A DNA stretch of 62,212 nucleotides, the filler included, from Choristocarpus tenellus KU-1152 (taxonomy: Eukaryota > Protista > Phaeophyceae): assembly GCA_964200185.2 (NCBI GenBank). It is 12 parts of 12 records of this genome, joined end to end, with 100 filler letters (N's around TTAATTAATTAA, not from the genome) between each part and the next. Parts side by side here need not be neighbours in the genome. Positions count along the whole stretch, not along the records: positions 34,541 to 41,331 come from CAXNAD020007343.1; positions 41,432 to 44,602 come from CAXNAD020021801.1; positions 44,703 to 49,305 come from CAXNAD020013835.1; positions 49,406 to 58,884 come from CAXNAD020003642.1; 8 more parts are not named here. One strand, written 5' to 3'. The notes beneath the pieces were generated by a model. That model was not told the DNA's origin and did no database searches. It saw only the letters and a list, made by a program, of their open reading frames with translations. Of the stretch, positions 38,465-50,855 are shown piece after piece. Every line of letters starts with the position of its first letter. Position 1 is the first letter of the stretch. The position numbers and the translations under genes were made by a program.

Positions 38465-41098
38465 ATGCAAGAGTTCGTTGAGCTAGAACATTTGCTCGAA
38501 GAGGCAAAGGCTTTCAAGACCCAGGATGGGAGACACTCCTCCCTATGTCTTGCGGAGACATTCCTAGAGCACTCGGATTCCAAGGGCCGGCGATTTCTCC
38601 TTAGCCTTGCGGATGTCGTTGGAGCGACTGTTACCCAGCGCAATGATGCAAGGGGATCATCCTACCTGTTGGGGGTATATGCATACCCCAGACGTAAGAA
38701 GTGGTGGTTCGCCAGGTGAGACCTGAACTAGCTTGACTGTTTTGCGAGCAAAAGCTTTTTTTTTCAGCAGGCTTGTCAGACGACCAGCGCCTGGACCTTT
38801 CTTCCCATTCGACGATCCCGAAGCATACAATCTATCCGAAGTTTCAATTACTTCATACTGTTGTCTGTGATATTGACGAAAGTTGGTGTTGCTTGCCTGA
38901 CTTGTAAGGGAGTTCTGCAATTTCTATTAACCTCGCCTGCATCCACCTGTTGGTGGGAGGATTGCCGGTTGCCCTAAATGGTTTTCATGTAACATAAACT
39001 GTCTATATCTCCTGTGTGGTCTTTCGAGCAGTAGATGCGATCAAAAGCGCTGCGCTGGACACCTTCAATGGTTGGTACGAGACGGCGACACTGCTCGCCG
39101 TTGGTCCGATGCCATAAACCTTCGAGCTGGAGGTCAGCACTCCGATGGATCTCCAAGAAGATTGCTGGTGGTGATAAATCCAGTCAGTGGCACCGGGGAC
39201 GGTAGATCTATATGGTCGTCCACCCTGAGGTACGGCACACATGTTCCTATTTAAATCCAGACCGATCAGGGGGGGACTCTGCCTAGTTCCTTGTTCCCAT
39301 TATTACTCGAGAGTACGCGTCCAGATGCAGTCACCTGATCTCGCCCACTCCATCTGATCACATGAATCATGCAGGCCCATGCTGAAACAAGCGGGGGTGT
39401 ACTTCAAGACGATCACTACCTCACGTCGAGGGCAGATCTCAGAACTCCTGCGACAGACACCAGAGACCACGTCGTCTGGCACTAGCTTCCCAGAGCACCT
39501 TGAAGGCACGAAAGATCCTGAGGGGTTGCTAGAGGAGCTGGACCCCTGTGCGGGAACGTTCAATCTTGATTCTTTCACAGGGGTGGTAGCGGTGGGCGGT
39601 GACGGGACCATGTTTGAGGTATGCCAACGCAGCCACAGCGCCTGCGTTACACCTTACGTGTACACCTATTGAGTACACTTTCCTAGTGTTTCAACATTTG
39701 CAAAGTCTACCCGTTTATTTGTTACTTTTTTTCATTCAAGGAACCCGCACCAAAGCGAATCTGGTGGACAGTTTTTTTTTTCTGAGAATCGTTTTTTGGG
39801 AATAACAAGGACGGACAGAGTTGACACCACACAAAAATCAACACAAATATATGCTCTATATTTCTCATTAATCAATGCGTACACTTTTTCTACACAACAT
39901 GTATCAGCTTCTTCTTGCTTCACACTTGGAGAACGATCTGGTTAGAGTTAGTACTTTTTGTAAACTCTCTTGCCCCGAGAACCCTAACCCTAATTTAGGT
40001 TATGTCCTTCCTTTGGTCGGGACAACGCTTGTGCCATTACCTCTCCATCATCGTTGGCCTGGACATGTCTCAGACGCCGTGCTTTCCAATGACACCTGTT
40101 CTTCTCAAAGATAAAAACAACAGGAATAATATAGCTGTTATCCATCTACTCACAGCAACACGTCTTGTCAAGACAGTATGCTCGAGGCTATTTACTCTAC
40201 ATAGCCCCCATTGTCCCGGACACCCCTCTATTATGCCTTTGCTGCACAACCCTTTCAACTGACTGGGTTGGACGTTTGATGTACGCTGATGCTCTGAAAT
40301 GATGTATTCTGACACGATTATCACACGGGCGCACGGACGCCCAAAAAGGTGCACAGCTACAGAGGCGGTGTTACTTTAGATTCCATGATGTTTTCAGAAT
40401 ATATATTTCAAATCTAGGTTGTGAGGACGAGTCCTATTTGAAAATATGCATTTTTTTCATTATCTTCATTTTACTATTTTGGAGGGAAGTAATTATCAAG
40501 GTTTATCATCTTGATTCTAGGAAATTTTTTTCTTTCATTTTCTTCAATTTTTTTGTTCAGTTGGTGAGGTGTAACTTCAGTTATCTCAATCTGCACATAT
40601 GCTGTAACTTCACTGTCTCAACCCATATTTGGTGTTGACCTACGATGACGCAAGAGGGTAGCGCCTTCCAACTCAAGCTTTCGAGTTGGGATAACACTTG
40701 GCACCTATCTCTAAATATTCACCAGTTAGTATTCACATGGAAAAATACCCGGGAGAGGGGGGGTGCTATTGGAATTTAAGACAAAAAAACAGAAGTCAAG
40801 GAACATCATCTCAACCCCCGCCCCCTGCCCCCCCCTCCCCCTTTTTCCCCTGCCTCCTAATTTCCCACTAACACTCTGCGAGGCCACCTGAAGAGTGCAG
40901 CAGCAGTATAGAACTGTACCTACAGTTCTTACTCTTTTTGTTTTAACTCTTTGTCTTGTCTTTGGGGCGGGGGGGGGGGGTTGACTGGAGAACAAGGTGG
41001 TGCAGGGGATATACGGAAGAGCAGATCACGTGGCCCAGTTGGAGAGGCTGACTCTCGGGGTGGTGCCTGCGGGCACAGGTGACGGTCTAGCCAAGACG
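38465..41098 (+). CDS. Sphingosine/ceramide kinase-like (DAGK catalytic domain) paralog 2, 5' part
   Basis: Exons 38465-38715, 39032-39229, 39375-39618 and 40997-41098 join without stops: RRLLVVINPVSGTG, GVVAVGGDGTMFE|VVQG, LGVVPAGTGDGLAKT. Confidence 0.88.
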
Positions 41099-41209
41099 GT
41101 GAGCGCGAGGTCATTTTTTTTTATGTATGTTTTTTTAACTGTTACGAAAACCTTTAGGTCAATGACGGTGCAATAGAAGTGACTAATAGTTAATAGTAGT
41201 AGTAGTAGT

Positions 41210-41331
41210 GAGCCAAAGTATCTTAGAGGGTAGAGCAGTGTCCATTTGGGGGTCAAAATACAATGTTGAGATTTTGATGTAATTTTGGCTATCATGTTTG
41301 TTAGTAAGCGTCAATATCTATGTTTCGGACA
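41210..41331. mobile_element. MITE family B, truncated by contig end
   Basis: GAGCCAAAGTATCTTAGAGGGTAG plus a body that is the reverse complement of 21230-21344. Confidence 0.8.
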
Positions 41332-41857
41332 NNNNNNNNNNNNNNNNNNNNNNNNNNNNNNNNNNNNNNNNNNNNTTAATTAATTAANNNNNNNNNNNNN
41401 NNNNNNNNNNNNNNNNNNNNNNNNNNNNNNNTTTTGTGCCCGTGATATTGTTGGTTTGTTCTTTTTTTTTGTGGTTAGTGCAGGAAAAAATAAGCGAGAA
41501 GGGGGCGCGGCCCCCCCCCCCCCCCTCCCCCACCCCCGAATACACGAAATTATGGGTACAGACTGTACAGAGGTGTTGGGGGGACTGAAACAAAGGGCAA
41601 TCGTAGTGTGGTGCAAGCAGCGAAGACCCTCTCTACTTCCGGGATGGGTTTTCACACCCATTCTAGAAAGGTCATGGGGTCTTACGATTGTATGTAGTCC
41701 CTCCCTTTTTTTCTTTTTTTTTCCACTGCAACACCGAACCGTATTGTTGTGGTTGTGTAGGCATGGAAAAAAATAATAATAATCATGCGTGTGCCTGCTA
41801 TCTGAGGCCTTTTTTTTACTCTTATTTATTTATTTTTTATTTATTTTTTTTGTGCAG

Positions 41858-42451
41858 GAGGGCATGCTGCCGAATATGGAGGGATTGGGTGAGGAGGAGG
41901 CGTTGGATGAAGGTGTGCCGGACATAGCCAACCGAGTGGAGCTGCAGGCAAGGAACCATTGTGTTGGGTGCAGGGGGCAGGGGGGAGTGGTGTTGTTGTT
42001 GTTGATCATACTGGACGTATATTCGTTCGCGTAACGTTGGTCTTGGGACACTTGCGAAGATGTGCTTTGGAGGTTAGTGCTGAGCTTGTGTGAAGCAAGT
42101 TGGTTGATGAGATTGTTCTGAAGAGCTGGGGGGGGGGGAGGACTTGCTGTAGACTTATGGTTCTATTGTTAAAGGTGGTGTTGATTTGGTCGGGGGGTTG
42201 AAGAAGTTTTCGCATCTCAAGCGTTGTGTTCATGTGTATGTGTTGATTGATCCCGTGGTCGCAAAGCTGGGTAGGAAGGAGTCGCCATTCTCATTCACCG
42301 TGTAGGACGCCCTTCCCGCTGTGGCTCACTGCCAATCTACCAAGACCGTCAATTCGACGGCAATCACTGGCTAGAGGGTTCCTTTATCACTCCTCCATTG
42401 ATGTACTGGCAGAAGTTTCCTGTATCGAACTTAAAAAGTGGTTTGAGAGAG
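41858..42451 (+). CDS. Possible exons of an unidentified gene
   Basis: AG/GT-bounded, phase-compatible segments ~41858-41912 (EGMLPNMEGLGEEEALDE) and ~42275-42451 (..LYHSSIDVLAEVSCIELKKWFER). No recognised motif. Confidence 0.3.
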
Positions 42452-42621
42452 GTAAAAATGGTGGAGTCGGGGGTGGGGAGGGGGGGGGAGGGGGGGGGGA
42501 ATTGTGATGATCTTGACGTTGCAGTTTGAATTCTAATNNNNNNNNNNTTTCCCCTCCCCTTTTTGGTTTGGGAGAGAGTTTTCTTGTGGAAAAAAAAAAA
42601 GGGGTGTGGGGGGGGAAAAAA

Positions 42622-42666
<45 letters not shown>

Positions 42667-43149
42667 ATTGTGATGATCTTGACGTTGCAGTTTGAATTCT
42701 AATTGGAAGTCTTGCATCTCACGTGACTGACAAGCAATAGCTATCTGGCAGACGAAGAACAAGATCGGGTGATGAGCCAAACCAATTGAGAGGAAGGCGG
42801 GTTTTCACTTTGAGGATACGGAGAGGAGGGGCAAAAGGACACTGTTTTGTACAGTTGTAGAAAATCAAACATCTCATAGAAATATCTCGAATGTCCCGCT
42901 TCATCGTTTTTTCGTACATCCAATATGACTTCGAGTCTTATTCTCACAAATGGACAAGCGTAATCTTGACACGCTCCCCTGCTCTGACCATGAAGTGAGA
43001 ATCAAATCAACCCAAAATAAAAAGAGCCTTTGCTTACTTGTGGTATCACCCTGTGGGGTATCACTCTGTGTGTGGAGAGAGGGAAACATCGATTTCACCT
43101 AGAGTATCTATGTGCGCATGAAGCAATGGGATAGAGTGTTGCAGAGGGC

Positions 43150-43870
43150 AAATATAGAAGGCTTAGAATGCAAAAAGGTTCCATGTCTGCCTGCCTGCCT
43201 GCCCGCCTGCCTCTACATTGGTTTGGCTCTGATGGTGTTCCCTTGGGATGAGAACATCTAGGCTGGCTTGAGTCCGTGGGGAGAGGATGAGGATGGTTTT
43301 CAGTGTATTAAATGTCAAGAGCTGGTAGCTGAGGAAACACCGGTGCATGCAGCACAGCCTGGTCAAGCAAAACTGCTGGCAGGACCGTTAGGATGACATG
43401 CAATCCCCAGGCTTGGTATGAGCCCTTCCTCGGGCCTGGATTTTGTCAAGGATGCCCCTTGTGAAAATCTGGTTGTAGAAGTGGCCTTTGGCTGCAGGCG
43501 CCTGCCTGATCTTATTCCTGGGCACCCCGCTGCAGCGTGATGTGAAGAAGAGTAGATCGCCTTCCATGACCTTGAGCGTTGCGGGTAAGATGTTGGGTGG
43601 GGGACTCGTGTTGACTACATTGTCCACACCCAGTATTGTTCCAGTGTCTGCAATCTCAAGGAGGGGTTAAGGATGAGGGTGGATTCATGGGCGCCGATAC
43701 CGGGTATGGTCGACCCTATTGGTAACGCACGTGCTCAGTAACGCACGTGCTTGATCGGAATCTTGGTTGAGAGAAACAGGGGTGGGGGCCCTCATGTGAG
43801 GCTTCCCAAGGGTGAGGCCAGCGCGGGTCATGGTTCACCTGGGCTAGGCTCAACTGTCTGCCGTTAGCTG
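43150..43870 (-). mobile_element. Possible decayed non-LTR RT fragment
   Basis: IPGIGAHE...ILGVDNVVN...LFF...FTRG shows spacing reminiscent of RLE-type RT domains 2-4. Heavily degenerate. Confidence 0.3.
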
Positions 43871-44103
43871 TGTGGATTGCTTTTAAAATGTTGTGTGTTG
43901 AATGTGTTTTGTGAAGGAGCTCATGGTGAAGGACGATGGCTGTGTCGTTTTAGTGGATTGGATGCGCAATATTAATTGCAAGTTGGATATGAGGATAAGT
44001 TTGTAGGCTTTTGTAGGCGTTATGTTTTAACGTTCTTTTTTTTTATAGGTGTTTATTGGGTGAAATTATTCACTGTAGGGAGAGGGAGAGTGCATGTTGC
44101 TGG

Positions 44104-44388
44104 GAGTCATAGTCAGCAAGAGGAGCCCAGGGTTGGATTTAGAGGATCTTCACAAAAAGGCGCAAAATAAAATAAATTTGTCTCTTTTTTTTTGCAAACT
44201 TGTTTGGGAAAAGTGTTCTGAATTCTGTCGAAAAGTCGCTTAACAATATTAAGAGAAATCAACCCTCCCAAGGCAAACTTGGCGCTTCATCCATAGAAAT
44301 ATGGGTGAAATGCAAAAACATGAAAAAAAAACTGGGTTAAAAAATGCAAAACGGTTGAAACCTGGGTACCTCTGGCTTACTTTGACTC
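44104..44388. mobile_element. MITE family C, second copy
   Basis: GAGTCA...ACTTTGACTC termini, with internal homology to 13057-13318. Confidence 0.7.
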
Positions 44389-44839
44389 TAGTTTGGTTCG
44401 AGTGCCTCTGTGTGCAATGGTGTCTTTGCACTTGCCTGTGAATGTACATGTGTGTATGTTCGTGGACTCAACTTTTGTGTTTTGAATGCCGTATATAGTT
44501 GGTGGGATTGATTGAGGTTAGGATGAGTCAATTTTTTTCTTAAGGGGGGGGGGGGAAGAGATCACACCGTTGCAGAATGGTACACATTCCTTTGCGAGGG
44601 AGNNNNNNNNNNNNNNNNNNNNNNNNNNNNNNNNNNNNNNNNNNNNTTAATTAATTAANNNNNNNNNNNNNNNNNNNNNNNNNNNNNNNNNNNNNNNNNN
44701 NNCCATTCAAAAAGGGGCCCTTAAAAAAAAACATATGGGCACTTTCCGCGCACCATTTTGGGAAAAATCCATCCTCTATGAAATGATCCATCCGCCATTA
44801 TCCTGATCCGCTGTTAACTGCTATATACGTACTCCGATC

Positions 44840-45092
44840 ATAAACCTTTATTCTGCAACTTCGTAGTAACTTTGGTGTTTTCTTCTGTAATGTTACGTAT
44901 GCATTACGAATCTTACTCTGTATCCTCTACGAAATCAGCATTTATTCTGTGCGGCTATCTATGTATTACTAATCTCGTATACTGCTCGCGCTTGTTAGAA
45001 CGCGTGAAACAATGCTCGCACTATTCGCCTTTAACAAATGTTTGTTTTTGCTAAAATATGAGAAGAAATGCTCGCGCTATTCGCCTGTAACA
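44840..45092. mobile_element. Related LTR 3' end with duplicated terminus
   Basis: tttattctgcaactt and gctcgcg..cgcgtgaa..ctcgcactattcgcct(g/t)taaca match 7079-7193. The terminal ~30 bp occurs twice (ending 45036 and 45092). Confidence 0.65.
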
Positions 45093-46824
45093 TCTCGACT
45101 ATTTTTCTAGAGGGCCTGGATTGACTCAGACAGCACTTAGGAGGATATCGATTATGTCCCTTCACATAATTCCTACTATATGGAGTAGTATTCTGTTGCG
45201 GTCAGAATTTGTTTAGATTTGTGTTTCATACTTTATCTATCTGTAATGGTGGACCACTGATACAAATATACCCGTTTTTGTCTGTGTGCGCTACGTCCGA
45301 CCTCCCTCCCCTCCCCCTTCTTTTAAGCATGTGTGTGTTGTAGAAACCGTAGAATGTAGAATAATCCTGGGATTCCCTGAAAGCAAGAATTGTTTTGCAC
45401 GTTATCCTTGTACACAGACAGGAGGTCTAGATGTCTCGAGTAGATACTTCACTGTTTATACCATACAATTTTCAAACAGCTGCAGTTCTTTGTACTTGCC
45501 TTGTATGGTGGACTCACCAGTCAATATTCTGTTCTCATGTGTGAAAACAAATATCCTTCAGTAATAAGTATGAAGTGCGAAGTAAGGTATGATCTAGGCC
45601 TCAAAAACAGGAACTCGGGCTTTTAATAACGCATCACACAGAATTATCCGTACACGGCGTTGAGTAATACCTTAGAGAAGGAATGTTTATACACTTCACG
45701 AACGTTGGGATTGCTCTAGAAGAGTGAAATGACTCCACAGCCAGATTATTTGAGTCGTATTTTGACTAAGCCGATCTGATAAAAAATACTCAAGATATTC
45801 TTGATCTAATATCAAATATCAAGAATGTTTTGACCTTTTGACATAAGACCATTGACGAAATTTTATATCAAAATATTTGTGTTCGACAATATCGAGATCA
45901 TCATCGCAATCAATGTGTATGTCTGTACGAGTACGAAATATTCTCCATATCATTGACGACATCGCGTCAACAACATATTATACAAGAACAGAGACTGAAC
46001 TTGTAGAATCGATAAGACGTATCACAATCCCCACCTCATGGCGAGTTAAATCATAATCTCAACCGATATAATCAAGCATTCCAAACTTTGAAAAATTCTG
46101 TTCATAGTAATGAAGAGGTCCGACACAGCTCTATTATGTTCCAACCAATCTACATGTGCATGTAGTTGATGTATGTCATTGCCAATCACGGAACTATAAC
46201 CTCTACCTCACTCACTCCATACATGTTAGTCATTTAATAAAGGAGGGTCAACCTGTCCATAGTTCGGTATGGTGTGAGTCCAATATTTTCGAAACGATAT
46301 TTTGGTAAGAGAGGAGTTTTTTTTTGTGTTCATTTTTGTTTTTACTTTTTTGGTTGAAATATATTTAGTCAATCCCATTTGTCATGTCTATTTCTTATAT
46401 TATTATTTGAACTTCAGGAACTCATCACATAACTATACGTACTATTTTGTATACGTTGATCTCTAATAATAGCATTGCAATATTTATATAGGTTTTTCTT
46501 GTTGACACCGTATGGAGTAGTTAGTTATACAAACAATAATATTGAAAAATATCTATAATTATATTACTGTAGTCTCCACGAATCTCCCCTTCTCTCTGGC
46601 TCTCTCCTATCTGCAACATGAAGGAGAAGGACCACACAACCGCCACACCTAAACCAATTTATCAGTCATCAAGGTTGCCTTCACCCTGTTCAGGAGTGGC
46701 CATCAAATTCAATATTTGAGGAAATCAGAGGCGCTATCACTTCATCAATTGTGTCGTCAAAACAGAGATCAGGGGCAGTTGAAGTGGGCACTACCCTCAG
46801 CCTTGCGATAGGGTTGGTGACACC

Positions 46825-49305
46825 ATGCGCTCTGACTCTGGCCCTGGACCTCCACGATGTCTTAATGATTTCAATAGCCATGATGGATTCCTTCATGCTT
46901 CGGTCGGTTCGAAGACAGTAAGGTATGAGGGAGGTATTGCAGGGGCCAAATGTACTCCTGAAGCACGAAGTGGTAGCGCCGAAGGACAAATCACCCCCAA
47001 GAAGATATACGCACGTCTCTCCAAGACGAGCCCATACATCGGCATGTTCCACTATGCCCCAAGGTGAGTAACTAGTCTTGCAAAGAGGACCTTATCTGGC
47101 ATGCTTGCCCCGTGATAAAGCGATACTCGCTGCTATTTCGATATCGAGTGTGACAGCAAGCGTGACTGCCTCCTTACGAACGCGTTATTGATGCGCATTA
47201 GTTTCAAGGTATGAGTTGCAATCTACGCTTAATATATTTGTGTAACCAGACTAGAGTCGCGTGTGAGGTGACCTTAATCCTTTGCGACGCTGTCCATGAT
47301 ACATGTCGACACTTTCGCCCCTACACCACAGAAACACGTGTAACGCAGGAACTCACTTGTACCCCATTCGGCGACAGCCATTGTCAAGGGTGGGTTTAAT
47401 AGCAAATCTTGCTGATGTAAGTATCACCTTGACCATTTTGTATGGTAAGGAGCTTTGAAGGTGGTACAAAATGCCCTGCACAAGACTAGATGATGACAGG
47501 CAAATTTTCCTGTTCCAATCATTGTTACTACTTTTTATCTCCTACATTTCCCCCCCTCTTTGCTCTGTTCATCCCCTGCAAATATTCTCTCCCTCAAAAG
47601 CGCCGGCAATCGGTCGAGGCAGACATATTTTGAGAAGGACATCGTGTCCTTGGACATCGTGCGACGACAACATGAAGTTCGCAGCAATCCCATGATAGGA
47701 AACTTTCATTACGGTAAGATGACCCAAGAAAGGAAGGATATTTTTTGCGCAACTGTGCCTACCTGTATTCCTGTGTGGCTAAGCCTCATGCTCTACCGTG
47801 CTGCCCTGTGCACAACTGTAGGAGTGGTTGCAAATATCAAAATATACCTTTCTTTCAGCTATCTATCTGAAGGAACTTGTAAACTTGTCTTCTCCCTTCC
47901 AATAGAGAGTGTCCTATGCTGTACCCTGTGAGAAGCTATACACAATATATAAATAAGTACCAGCGTGAGAGATAGTTATGCTGCTGACCCAACCTCAGGT
48001 CATTGGTGATTTGCTTACAGTAATGCGTTCAAGACTAGTTGAATCCTCCTTACGGTACCTCGGAGGACACTATTTCCAGGAGATACTGTGTGTGAACTAA
48101 GGTTGTATGAGATGGGCAGGGGTGAATTTGTCATTAAGCCGTGTGTGGTAAGTGCAGTAAATATGTCTAGTGTTTGTTTCTTTTCAAGTTTTAATGTGCT
48201 GCTGTGTGATGCATTAGAATCCAACATCGCACATCCGGTTGGGCCTTCATACTGGCTCATGATGGTATGAGGGGGGAACTTAAAGGCTACCTTTAGAATC
48301 TCCCTGTTGTGATGTTTTGCGAAATTCTGTCCACATCCCACATTGTGTTTCTGTTTGTGAAAACTGTCAAGTTCACTCTTGATATGCGTAACATATGGAT
48401 AACGTACTGAAGTCCCTTCTTTCTGTTCTCCCTCCTCAGTGTGCACCTTCTCCCTCCACCGCAGTGGTCTTTATATCAGAATTTTTGCTGGTGGCTTCAT
48501 TTTTCAACCCTGCAAAATCCTCACTTGGTCACCAATGGTGCATCTTGTTGACTCGCCAATCTCTATTTCTTGAATGTTGAACCTAACCCTAACCTTAGCA
48601 ATTCCAGACAATATCAACCCATTTCGCTAACCTCATCCTCAGACGTTACACTCACTGTTGTGCTGTTGATAAAAACCCCTCTGTACAACAATGTAATCTA
48701 TGAAACAAAATCAATGTGGCCATAATTTATCTTGTTTAAAAACTAAATGTATTAACATGTTTTGTGTGAATGAAAAGGGGAGGATCTCTATGGGGAGCGT
48801 TTTCAGGACTTTCAGCGGTTGCTATCCTCAATGAGAGCTCGGGAAGCAGAGAGGGCAGAAGAAACACTGCTCCTTGAATGGTCTCGGTCTGTGGTTGCTG
48901 GTGAGAGACCCACATCCGGCAGCTTCTGCAATGGCAGCAGCATCAACTGGGCCGGGGACAAGGGTAGTTTGGATGGATTTGGTAGAGAGATACTTGGCGG
49001 GGGAAACAACGGTGGTAATGATAGGGTACACCTCTCGAAAGTGCAGTGTCAGTTGGACGACTCCAATGACAATGGGTCTGTCCAAACAGACCAATCAAGA
49101 TTAGTGGAGGATGTTGAGGAGGAGAACAAAGGGTCTAGAGTGGGAGGGGGAGCAGGGGGGGAGGAAGGGAGCGAAGAATCTGGGAAGGGTGAAGCTAGTG
49201 CGAAAAAGTATGCTAGTTACGCATTGCATGGCTTAGGGAAGGGGGCAGGGTTGAGGCAGCATCGATCTTTCATTAATGGAGGAGGGAATGATAAGGAAGG
49301 CAGGG
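46825..49305 (+). CDS. Unidentified protein, three exons, 3'-truncated
   Basis: Exons ~46825-47063, 47601-47713 and 48778->49305 have GTGAGT/GTAAGA donors and compatible phases (2, 1): IYARLSKTSPYIGMFHYAPS|AGNRSRQTYFEKDIVSLDIVRRQHEVRSNPMIGNFHYG|EDLYGERFQDFQRLL. Confidence 0.6.
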
Positions 49306-49861
49306 NNNNNNNNNNNNNNNNNNNNNNNNNNNNNNNNNNNNNNNNNNNNTTAATTAATTAANNNNNNNNNNNNNNNNNNNNNNNNNNNNNNNNNNNNNNN
49401 NNNNNCCTGGTGTAGACCCCCCCCCCCTCCCAGATACTTTGGGTCCCTCTGTTGACAGGAATGGCCCATTTCACACACTCGCATGTTAGATAGGCAGTAT
49501 TGCTGCTGAGTACGTGCGTTTGATCTATAGGTACACTATCTTTGGATGTGAAAGGTGTGCAGCTCTAGTTTTGTTTTGCTTTTTTTCAAGTGGGAAATAA
49601 AATAAAATGTGACATCATTTCGTGTTCTAGTTCTGGATTATTATTGGTATTGGTGGCAATTATTTGGTAGTAAATAGTAATAATGATATAATAATAATAG
49701 CGCCCTGAGGCACCTTACAGCCTTGAAATACCTGCAACTTCAACACTTCCAAATTTTGCCAGAATATCTTGTAATTAATCCTGATCCGGCATTAATAATT
49801 TCTCAAGGGTCCCCACACCCATCCCACATTTGCACTCCACCCTCCATGACATGTGTTACAG

Positions 49862-50855
49862 GCTGGCTCGGGTTCCAACCTGGGCTATCAGATCAGCCTC
49901 TCCCAATCCTCAAACATTGCACCAACAGCTAAGTGTAGCCTTGCTAAGCACCCACTTCGCCAGACTGGTCGAAAAAAGAAGCTTCGACTTGGAGAGAGAG
50001 GTATAGGAGCGTGAGGAACAAGGAGTAAGTTATTAAATCTTTGGCGGCGTGGAATTGACTGTAGGCAGTCAGTCAGGACCTGCAGCAGAGAAGAAGTGTG
50101 CATTGTGGGTTTGAAGGTTGTCACGGATCTATTCTGACCTGAGTCAGCAACGGTTGTTGCACCATGCATGTTGTATGATTGGATAAACTACACACAAGTT
50201 CATTTCATAGAATGTTACGTTTTTCGCGTAACAATTTACGTCATTGTTCAGTACGGCTAGTGCAAAGACCATGTACGTACACCTACCTAGTTGAAAAAAA
50301 GGAACTGGTTTATTCCAACAGTAACAGTAGGATTGAGGATGGTGATTAATCAATCAGCAAATACGGTTAATGTTTGGCAACTGATTTTTACAAGCCTATT
50401 TTTTTACAGTATAAAGGGTCTACAATAAACTCGTATCATGGTTAAAGTGTAGTGGGTGAAGCAGATGAAATTACAATAGGTCCGAAGTACTTGATATGAT
50501 CTCGAATGCATGGTGGATGGATATGTCGTCTTTCTTGTTCTGTAGTTGTAGGTCTTTGTATAGTGGTATGGTCCCGCCTTACACCATGTGGTTTTAAGGT
50601 GTGTCAGTGATTAAGTTTGTGGAATCGGGCTAGTACAGTTGATCTAAGAGTATTCTTGGGGAAGTATTGGAGGACCACTGTCACGAGGTGGGGATGAAGG
50701 AGGGAGACCCAGGAGTATGGGAAAAAGTTGCTGGCTAATTCAGAGGGTAAAACCTTTTGCCTCACACAGAGACCATTTCATGGAGGACTTACCACTGTGG
50801 CAAGGCACTGGATGGATCCGAACACTGCTGCTTTACTTGTCCGTCGATCTGCTTG
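49862..50855 (+). CDS. Possible exons of an unidentified gene convergent on PUM3
   Basis: AG/GT-bounded open segments ~49862-50000 (LARVPTWAIRS...FDLERE) and ~50771-50855 (RPFHGGLTTVARHWMDP...). No recognised motif. Confidence 0.3.

Noticed and set aside
42495-42703. Direct repeat of ~43 bp after poly-G
   Set aside because: It flanks a 10-N gap with low-quality homopolymer sequence and is most likely a scaffolding overlap artefact.
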